Of a DNA stretch of 64,000 nt, positions 33,169 through 42,200 are shown in pieces. Under the pieces are notes generated by a model that was given only the letters and a program-made list of their open reading frames with translations, was not told where the DNA came from and made no database searches. The stretch comes from an uncultured Candidatus Saccharibacteria bacterium (GTDB lineage Bacteria > Patescibacteriota > Minisyncoccia > Phycocordibacterales > UBA12088). The position numbers were made by a program, and so were the translations under genes. The stretch covers positions 7,880 to 71,879 of the forward strand of contig CAZHFF010000001.1 of the NCBI GenBank assembly GCA_964531785.1. Direction: 5' to 3'. Positions within the stretch are counted from its first letter, which is position 1. The number at the start of each line of letters is the position of its first letter.

Positions 33169-34467
33169 ATGTCATTTCTCACCAGTGTTGAACGATCCAT
33201 AGAGCGAGCGAGCACCCTTCTTGCGCTCGGACCAGCTGCACAGCAGCTTGTCGCGGCGCCAAAGAACGTGATCGAGGTAACCTTCCCCGTACGCCTTGAT
33301 TCCGGTGAGACGGAGGTGTTCACGGGGTGGCGGATCCAGCACAATGACGCACTCGGCCCGTATAAGGGCGGCATTCGGTTCGCACCGCAGGTCGACCGGG
33401 AGGAGGTGCAGGCGCTTGCGACCACGATGAGCATCAAGAACGCTGCACATGGGCTCCCGTATGGCGGCGCGAAGGGCGGGGTTCGCATTGACCCGCTCAA
33501 GTATTCCACGCGTGAGCTCGAGATGGTCGCACGGCGCTATGTTGACGCGATCTTCAAGATGATCGGACCCGAGGTCGATGTGCCCGCTCCCGATGTCAAT
33601 ACGAACCCCATGCTCATGGGGTGGATGATGGATGAGTATTCGCGCCTGGCAGGGAGGACCGTCCCAAACAGTTTTACTGGGAAACCCTTGGTCCTCGGCG
33701 GGACCTCGCTTCGCGAGGAGGCGACCGGCTACGGCGGATATGTCATCCTGCGTGAGGCGCTTGCTGACAGTGGTTTCGACAAGGCACCTGCAGATACCAC
33801 GGTCGCGATACAAGGGTTCGGCAACGTCGGCGCGACGCTCGCAAAGATCATGTCCGAGGAAGGTTTCAGGGTCGTTGCGGTGTCCGACAGTAAGGGAGGC
33901 ATATACGACGAGGGTGGGCTTGATATCGAAGAGATCATCCGGGCACAAGAGCAAGCGGGTACGATCGAGAAGAACCGGTGCTATCCGAAAGCGCTCACGA
34001 ATGGCGTGGCGCGTGAGGTCGACTGTACAACGGTCACGAACCGTGAGCTCCTCGAGCTGCCCGTCGACATTTTAGTACCGGCTGCGATCGAGAGCGTGAT
34101 CACCAAGGAGAACAGTGCGAAGGTGCAGGCACCGGTGATCCTAGAGATGGCGAACGGCGCCCTTGATGAGCATGCGGAGTCAGAGCTACTTGCGCGAAAC
34201 GTATCCATCGTGCCCGACGTGATCGCAAACGGCGGCGGCGTAGCTACGAGCTACCTTGAGTGGGTGGAGAACCGACAGGGAAAACGGTGGCATGAACACG
34301 AGGTCAAAGCCATGCTCGACGAGCTTATGAAGACGGCGTACCGCGAGACCAAACAGCGGAGCGACAAACACACGACCTCGCTCCGGACCGGCGCCTATAC
34401 GGTCGCCCTCGACCGGATCACGAGCGCCATGGTCGCACGCGGATGGCTGGGATCGACCTCGCGGTAA
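33169..34467 (+). CDS. gdhA: Glutamate dehydrogenase (Glu/Leu/Phe/Val dehydrogenase family)
   Basis: GPYKGGIRF, GLPYGGAKGGV, Rossmann VAIQGFGNVG. Confidence 0.95.
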   Translation: MSFLTSVERSIERASTLLALGPAAQQLVAAPKNVIEVTFPVRLDSGETEVFTGWRIQHNDALGPYKGGIRFAPQVDREEVQALATTMSIKNAAHGLPYGGAKGGVRIDPLKYSTRELEMVARRYVDAIFKMIGPEVDVPAPDVNTNPMLMGWMMDEYSRLAGRTVPNSFTGKPLVLGGTSLREEATGYGGYVILREALADSGFDKAPADTTVAIQGFGNVGATLAKIMSEEGFRVVAVSDSKGGIYDEGGLDIEEIIRAQEQAGTIEKNRCYPKALTNGVAREVDCTTVTNRELLELPVDILVPAAIESVITKENSAKVQAPVILEMANGALDEHAESELLARNVSIVPDVIANGGGVATSYLEWVENRQGKRWHEHEVKAMLDELMKTAYRETKQRSDKHTTSLRTGAYTVALDRITSAMVARGWLGSTSR

Positions 34468-34486
34468 GCATGTGCACAGAGTGTTG

Positions 34487-34566
34487 ATAACCTGTGGATA
34501 ACTATTGCATAACCTGTGTGTGGACAAGTGCCTGAGCCATATATTGTCCAGTTGATACAATATATG
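34487..34566. promoter_or_regulatory. Motif cluster in the 400-bp region upstream of the surface locus: two ATAACCTGTG..TGGAYAA repeats (one a perfect DnaA-box nonamer) plus a 10-bp inverted repeat
   Basis: ATAACCTGTG at 34487-34496 and 34509-34518. TGTGGATAA at 34493-34501 and TGTGGACAA at 34519-34527. CATATATTGT (34538-34547) / ACAATATATG (34557-34566). Confidence 0.4.
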
Positions 34567-34869
34567 GGAAAGAAGTAACACTCGGAGGAGCGTCTTCTTT
34601 GTCGGGTCATGCAGGAGCACGAGCGTCCGTACACACACAAGAGCCCCACCATCGTCTTACAGAAAAGGCGTACCGTTGCGTTTGAAGCGCAAAATAATGG
34701 CCTAAAAACAGGATGTTTTGTGGAGCGGGCACACGCTCCACCGGCCTATCAGGTGCGGCAGAGCGCGCGCGCCGGTCCCTCTGTGCGCGGACCGACCGAG
34801 ATACGCCGGGCGCAGCAACAAGATCCACAACGAGAAGCCGACCTCCTCGTGCGTTTTGGTATTGACACG

Positions 34870-36261
34870 ATGCTGGGACGCATGGTGACACGCATGCTCG
34901 TCATGCTGCTCCTTTTGCAGCCGGTCTATGTCGCGCTCGCGGTCGAGCTCGATCAGGTACCCGAGGATGTGTCGCTTGCTGAAGCTACTGCGGTTTCGGC
35001 AAGCACCGACCTGGATGAAGGGACGACGGTTGCAGTATCGGACCTCGAGTCAGACGAGGGCGCCGTGGTTTCCGGGGACGAAGCACTGCTGCCAGATAGT
35101 GCTCCTGTACCGAGCGAGCTGGTGCCCCAAGAGCATGCCGACCTGGCGGGCAACGGTACGGCGGATGCTGTGCTGCCATTGTCCGAGGAGGAGGCAGCAA
35201 GTTCGACCGAACCGGACGGAAGTGACGATACGTCATCCGCAGTACTGCCGGATCTGTCGTTGCTTGCGTCCACGACCGTATCCGACGAAGGCGCTCCGTC
35301 AGGCGCAGAGGCTACCGAACCGGGGCACGTGCACGACGCGAGCAGTACGACCGACGCGCTTCCTGCCACATCGGACGAGCACGCGTCGACGACCGAAGAC
35401 CTCCCCGTAGACGAGGTCGAGGAACGATCCAACCGATACACCTTCGGCGAAGGGGATTGTACGCTCGTTGCCGATGGCGAGTTCTACTGCATCGCGACCG
35501 ATGTGCGTCGACATGTTCCGGGGGACCCGCGTGTCTATGCGGAGAAGGACCGTGAAGGCGATCGAGAGATCTACTACTTCGATGGGGTCGAGGTCAAGCG
35601 CATCACCAACAACGGGTACGACGATCTCGCGCCCATGATCGACGCGGACGGGAAGCGTATCGTGTGGCAGGCGATGATCAATGATCGGCTCCAGATCATG
35701 GTACACGAGCTTGGCTCCGGGGTGACGCGGCAGGTGACACAGGGTCGCTCGAACTCTTCGAATCCGTTCATCCTGGGCGATAAGGTCGTTTGGCAGGAGT
35801 GGGTCGATACCAACTGGGAGATCATGCTCGCCGACGTCTCGAGTACCGACGGTGACTACCGGGTGGAGCAACTCACTGACAATGTGGTGCATGACATGTT
35901 CCCACAGCTCTACCAGGGTCTGGTGACGTGGCAGCGGGAAAAGGGTAACAGCTGGGAGGTTATCGTTTACGACCTGCGGACAGGGTCTGCGCACGCGTTG
36001 CCGAAACAGGATGACACCAAGTACGAGAATCCTCGCTTCGTACTCTTGTTCGACTCTCGCCATGAGAACGGCGACGTTGCTACGATCGGGTACGAGCTTG
36101 AATCGGGAGAGATGGTGGAGCTCGGTACGCGCGCCCGTCCCATTCCCGCAAACCCGCAGACCCCCGACGACGAGACACCGGATGCATTGCCTCGCACCGC
36201 GTCGAGCACCTCTGAGCAGAAGCCGGTTCGGGAGGACGGCGACGATGACCAGGGTCTTTAG
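34870..36261 (+). CDS. Secreted protein: signal peptide, ~190-aa acidic Ser/Thr/Asp/Glu-rich spacer, then 4-5 beta-propeller-like ~45-aa repeats
   Basis: MLGRMVTRMLVMLLLLQPVYVALA (signal). Repeats: ..GKRIVWQAMINDRLQIMVHELGSG.., ..GDKVVWQEWVDTNWEIMLADV.., ..QGLVTWQREKGNSWEVIVYDLRTG... The track ORF begins at 34609, but a signal peptide must be N-terminal. Confidence 0.6.
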   Translation: MLGRMVTRMLVMLLLLQPVYVALAVELDQVPEDVSLAEATAVSASTDLDEGTTVAVSDLESDEGAVVSGDEALLPDSAPVPSELVPQEHADLAGNGTADAVLPLSEEEAASSTEPDGSDDTSSAVLPDLSLLASTTVSDEGAPSGAEATEPGHVHDASSTTDALPATSDEHASTTEDLPVDEVEERSNRYTFGEGDCTLVADGEFYCIATDVRRHVPGDPRVYAEKDREGDREIYYFDGVEVKRITNNGYDDLAPMIDADGKRIVWQAMINDRLQIMVHELGSGVTRQVTQGRSNSSNPFILGDKVVWQEWVDTNWEIMLADVSSTDGDYRVEQLTDNVVHDMFPQLYQGLVTWQREKGNSWEVIVYDLRTGSAHALPKQDDTKYENPRFVLLFDSRHENGDVATIGYELESGEMVELGTRARPIPANPQTPDDETPDALPRTASSTSEQKPVREDGDDDQGL

Positions 36262-36267
36262 TAAAGC

Positions 36268-39200
36268 ATGCAGCTTCCTATCATAGAAAAACTGGTCGCT
36301 CGTCTGTGCACGCTCCAAGCGTTCTGCGAAAAGCAGGGCCTCTCTGCCGGGCCGCTTTTCGTTACGGGCGGTGTGCTTTTGGGACTTGTTGGAGTGGTCC
36401 TGGTGCTGTGGCCGTACCTCGGTTTCGACCGTGCCCAAGCTGCCGGGTACCAGATGCAGACGGGGTACTACGTCGGCGATGGCGCATCGAAAGAGATATC
36501 CGGCCTGGGGTTCTCGCCGGAGCTTGTCATCATCAAGGCGGATACGGCAGCCGGTGTTGGTGCGGTCATGAAAACGATCGCAATGCCCCAGAATAACGTT
36601 GCCTACCTCGGCACTGCCACTGCAGATGATGTCGCAGCGCAGATACAGCTCACCGATGATGGTTTCATCGTGACCGGCACGCTCACGGACACGATCAACA
36701 ATCGCTATACGTGGGTCGCGTTCTCCGGTTCCGATTGTTCCTCCGGCGGGACATTTTGTGTCGGCGCGTACACCGGTGACGGGACCGGGTCCAAAGCGAT
36801 AACGACCGGCTTCGATCCCGATCTGGTGTGGGTGAAGCCTGCGACTGCTGCGTTCGCCACATGGCGCTCGAGCACCATGAGCAACAACCACGCGCAGTTC
36901 TTCAGCGCAACCGCAGAGGATACGAGCGGTGTCTACTTCACGACACTCGACAGTAACGGCTTCACCGTCGGGAGTTCCAATAACACCAGTGCGACCCGTT
37001 ACTACTACGTGAGCTTCAAGGAGGCGAGCGGCTTCATTGATGTAGGCACCTACACCGGAAACGGTATCGACAACAGGAGCATCACGGGGGCCGGTTTCAA
37101 GCCCGACTACCTGTTCACCAAGCAAGGTGGCGCTATTGCCGCGGTCGCGAACATAAGCGAAAGTTACGGCGACTCATCGCTCTACTTTACCGATACCGCG
37201 AACCTGGTGAACGCGGTGCAGGCACTCGAAAATGATGGCTTCCAGGTTGGTACGAGCGATCGTGCGAATGCGAACGGCATCACGTATCACTATGCTGCTT
37301 TCGGTGGGGCGACCGCGCACACCTCGACCGGCACCTTCGAGGCGATATCGGGGACCTATCTCGGGAACGGTAATTCGCAGACCATCACGAACCTCGGGTT
37401 CGAACCCGATCTTGTGATCGTTACCGCGAGCGGTACGGAGCACGCGGTCTTCTCCACGAAAATGATGGGTGGTGACTCGACCGCGTACTTTGCGAACAAC
37501 GTCGCTAACTTCGCTGGTGGTATCACGACACTTTCTCCCAATAGCTTCACGGTCGGTAGCCATGCGACCGTGAACAGTCCCGGGGTCGAGTACCACTTTA
37601 CCGCATACGGCAACGCCTGGGACCCAGAGACCCATACCGGCGCCACGGATTTTGTGATCGGTGCATACTACGGCAACGGTATCAATCTGCGCACGCTCAC
37701 GCGGGTGCCGTTTTCGCCCGACATGCTCGTGATCAAACAGAATGGTACCGCGCTCGGTACATGGAGGACGAGCGAACACGTGGGGGACAGTTCAAGTTAT
37801 TTTCATGCACTGGCCGATGGTGTGAACCTGATCGAGGAGTTCACGGGAGACGGCTTTATTCTCGGCAATGCAGCGAACGTGAACACGAGCGGCAGCTTGT
37901 ACTGGTACTTCGGCTTCGCGACGAGCAGCAACTTTTCCGTCGGGACCTATAGCGGGACGGGTGCGCCGCAGAACATCGAGACGCCATTTGAGCCTGATGC
38001 AGCTTGGGTGAAGCGGACGGGTGCCACCCAGGGTGTCATGCGCATGGCGAGCACGACCGGCTCAAGTTCGTACCCGTTCTTGAACGCCGCGACCGTGCAG
38101 ACCGGTGCGATCGAGGGCTTTTACGACGCGGGTTTTGCCGTTGGCGCCGCGCCCGAAGCGAACACGAGCGGTGTCGATAACTACCGGTATGCCGTTTGGC
38201 GCGATACGACCGAGCGGGGCACCTCGACCTACCGAATGCAGACCGGGTACTACGTCGGGGATGGCGGCGCGAAGGAGATCTCGGGCCTCGGATTCACGCC
38301 GGACCTGGTGCTCATTAAGGCAGATACTACGGCCGGTATTGGGGTGACCTGGAAATCGATCGCCATGCCCCAGAACACAGCTGCGTACCTTGGTTCTGCG
38401 ACGGCAGATAATACCGCAGGTCAAATAACCCTTGAGCCCGCCGGGTTCCGGGTCGCGGGCACGAACACGAACACCGCGAACACGCGCTATACGTGGATAG
38501 CATTCACGGGCTCCGATTGTACGGCGACGGGGCAGTTCTGTGTCGGACGCTACAGTGGAGATGGAGCGGGAAGTAAAACAATCGATACCGGCTTTGCACC
38601 TGACCTTGTCTGGGCAAAGCACGCGACCTCGACCGTGGTGCCACCCTCGTGGCGCTCGAGTCTCATGCCGGTCGACTATGCCCAGTTCTACAGTGCGGCT
38701 GCACAAGATACGACAGGCGCCTATTTCCGGACGCTGGACGGGAGCGGCTTTACGGTCGGGAGCAGCAACACCCTCAACTTCGGCGTCTACTACTTTGCTG
38801 CGTTCAAGGAGGTGGCAGGCAGTATCGATGTGGGCACATACCTCGGCAACTCGACGGTCGGCCGGTCGATCACCGGAGTCGGGTTCCGGCCCGACTGGGT
38901 GTTCACCAAGAACTCGACCGGTGCGGTCGCTGCGGTCTACAACCTGCAAGAATCTTATGGTAATCACTCGAGCTACTTCAGTGACACCAATAATCTCACA
39001 GGCGCGATCCAGGCGCTTGAAAGTAATGGGTTCCAGGTGGGGAGTAACAGTACCGCGCACAGCAACGGGGTGACGTACTACTATGCAGCGTTTGGCGGCG
39101 CGGAAGCCCCAACTCCAAGCGGCACGTATCAGATGCTCTCCGGTTCCTATGTCGGAACCGGTGACGTGCGGGTGATCAGTGATCTTGGCTTTGCACCCGA

Positions 39201-42200
39201 CCTCGTCATTGTGAAGGGCAATACCGGACAGCCGGGCATCTTCACGACGCGAATGATGGGAGGGGATTCGAGCGTCTACCTCGATGCGCCGACAGGGAAC
39301 ATAGCGAACGCGATCACGGCGCTTAGGCCCGACAGTTTCGCTCTCGGAACCGATGCGACCGTGAACAGCCCGGGCGTGACGTACCACTGGACCGCGTTCG
39401 GCAATGCATGGAAGCCCGATACCAATTCAGGTGCGGCGGATCTCATGATCGGCGCCTACTACGGCAATGGCCTTGATGGCCGCGACATCGGTCGCTTGCC
39501 GTTCTCGCCCGACATGCTTACCATTAAACGGAACGGTACGACCCAGGGTACCTGGCGTACGAGCGAGCACACGGGCGACTCTTCGAGCTTCTTTACCGCG
39601 ACCGCAGACGGTGCGAACCGTATTCAGGCGTTCAAAACGAGCGCGTTCGAGATAGGAACTAACGCAGAGGTGAACACTGCGAACAGTGTCTACTGGTACT
39701 TTGCGTTCGCCACCTCGAGCACGTTCACGGTCGGCACCTATAGCGGTAGCGGTTCGGCTCAGGATATCGACGTCGGTTTTTCTCCGTACCATACATGGGT
39801 CAAGCACACCGGAGCGACGCGTGCGGTCATGCGCCCTAACACGGTCGTGGGAGACGGGGCACTGCCGTTCATCAATGCATCGCTCGTCACAGGAGCGATC
39901 GCTGGAACCGCAGGCACCGGCTTTTCGGTCGGCACTGCCGCAGAGACCAATACGAGCGGGTCGAATAACTACCGGTATGCCGCATGGAAACAGCTGTCCC
40001 TGGCCCAGGAGCACTACCACTTTCGTGCCGACGACGGAACGGAGGCGAGTGCGTCATCGCTCACTGGCGGCACCGAAGACACGCCGCTTGGTGATGTGCG
40101 CGAAGGACGACCCTACCGATTGCGTCTCGCCGTGTCGAACCGTGCGACCGTTGCGGCAAGCACGACCGGGCTACGGCTCGAGTATGCCGAAAAGGTGACG
40201 ACCTGCAGCGCGGCTAGTTCCTGGACACGGATCGACGCCGACAGTGATGCCTGGAGGATGTACGATTCGCCGAACCTCACCGACGGAGCGGACACGACGA
40301 ACATAGCGCTGGGAGACGGTGGCGTGAGCGATCCCAATCCGACCTTTCTCACCCCGAACGGTGGCGTGAAGGACGCTTCGGACGAGATTTCCCCTATCGC
40401 TCTGAGCGCGGGTGCGTTCGTTGAGGTCGAGTATGCGATAACCCCTACGGTCCACGCGGGGGATGGGACCACGTACTGCTTCCGCGTGTCTGCCCAGGGC
40501 GAGCCGCTCTCGGTGTATGGCACCTACCCGGAGGCGACCTTCGCGGTCCACTTGATCGCGACCACGACCGGGTCGCTCGTGAGCGAGGTGGTCGTGCCAA
40601 GTGAGGATGTGCACGTCGGCGGCGCATTCGTGCTCAGTGATCTGGGTGGAGGTGATACCCATGCGATCACCGATATCGTAGTGACCGAGTCAGGGACGGT
40701 CCATGCATCAACCGGATTGGCGAACGTAAGGCTGTTCTACGAGTACGATACGAGCGCACCCTACGACTGTGCGAGCGAGTCATTTGGTGGCACAGAGACC
40801 CAGTATGGCCTCACCGTAGCGGGCGGCTTTAGCGGTGCGGACGGCACTGCGGCGTTCGCAGGGTCCGTTCAGGCGAGCAGTACGCAATCGGTCTGTCTGT
40901 ACGTGGTGCTTGATGTCGAGGAGTCCGCACTTTCGGGAGAAACGATCGCGCTTTCGATAGCAGAGGCGAGCGACCTGACCGCAAGCAATAATGACCAGGT
41001 GCGTCTTGTAGCAACTCCGCTCGTTATCCCCGGTACGCTTAGCCTCCGTGATGCGCGGCTCACCCAAGCGCACTACCATTTCCGGCTCGACAACGGGAGC
41101 GAGGCGGGGGCATCGAGCGCGACGGCAGGGAGCGAAGACACGCCGCTCATGAACCTGCCGAAGGCTTCACCACGGAGGATCCGGCTCGGCATCTCGAACG
41201 AGGGTTCCGCAACCTCGAGCGCGACGGCGTATCGTCTCGAGTATGCAGAGCGGCAAGGGACCTGTGCCGCGACCGAGGTAGGCTGGACCGATGTCGGGGA
41301 GAGTGGCGGTTCGTGGGACATGTACGATTCGACCAACCTCACCGAAGGCGATGATACGACCAACGTAGCTATCTCGAACGGTGGCGTGAGCGATGAAAAT
41401 ACCGATTACCTGGTGGTGAACGGTGGCGTGAAGGACACCTCATCAGAGACCGGAGCCCTCGTGCTCGGTCCGACCGAGTTCGTCGACCTTGAATACTCGG
41501 TGGTGGCCCTCTCTGGAGCGTCCGATGGTGCGACCTACTGTTTCCGGGTGACCGATGCCGGGGTGCCGCTCAAGGACTACTGGACCTACCCCGAGGCGAC
41601 CATAGCCGCCGATGTCCTCGTTTCGGCGCTCGGCGCACATCAGAGTGCGGTCAAGGCGAGCTCGACCTCGGTCCTCGTCGCGGGTGCGTGGGTGATCGCT
41701 GACCAGGCCGGTTCACGCAATGTGACGTCGGTCACGCTTACCGAGAGTGGAAGCATTAATGCGGCCGCCGACCTTGCGAACATACGTCTGCACTATGAGC
41801 TTGATACGTCCGCCCCGTATGACTGCGCGAGCGTCTCCTACAGTGGCGGCTCGCCACAGTTCGGCACGACCCAAGGTGCGTTCACCGGACCCAATGGCAC
41901 TGCGACCTTCACCGATACCGTGGGCATCAGTACCACGCAAACGCTCTGCCTGTTTGCGGTCATGGACGTGACCTCGAGCGCTGAAGATGGGGCAACGATA
42001 GCGCTTATGATCGCCGACCCGAGCGCCAATGTCGTCGTTTCGAGCGGTACCGTGAACCCGAACACGAGCGTTGCGCCGACCGGTTCCACGACGGTCCAAA
42101 AGGCGACTCTATCGCTCGTGCACTACCACTTCAGGAATGATGATGGGTCGGAAGCGCTTGCGACCAGTAAGACGGGCGGCGTCGAGGATGTTCCCGTAAG

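Noticed and set aside
34468-34869. Calling this 400-bp region the chromosomal origin (oriC) because of its DnaA boxes.
   Set aside because: It has only one perfect and one near-perfect box. There is no dnaA, dnaN or other origin-linked gene nearby and no extended AT-rich unwinding element. Genes on both sides have the same orientation. I report it as a regulatory motif cluster instead.
35299-37125. A 608-aa ORF on the minus strand, plus other long antisense ORFs inside the giant genes: 37174..37779, 38062..39387, 39427..40020, 42859..43656, 47257..48264 and 48595..49332.
   Set aside because: They lie antisense to much longer, repeat-structured and motif-bearing plus-strand ORFs. Their composition is Arg/Gly/His/Cys/Pro-rich, as expected of shadow frames in high-GC DNA. 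I see no start signals and no recognisable motifs.
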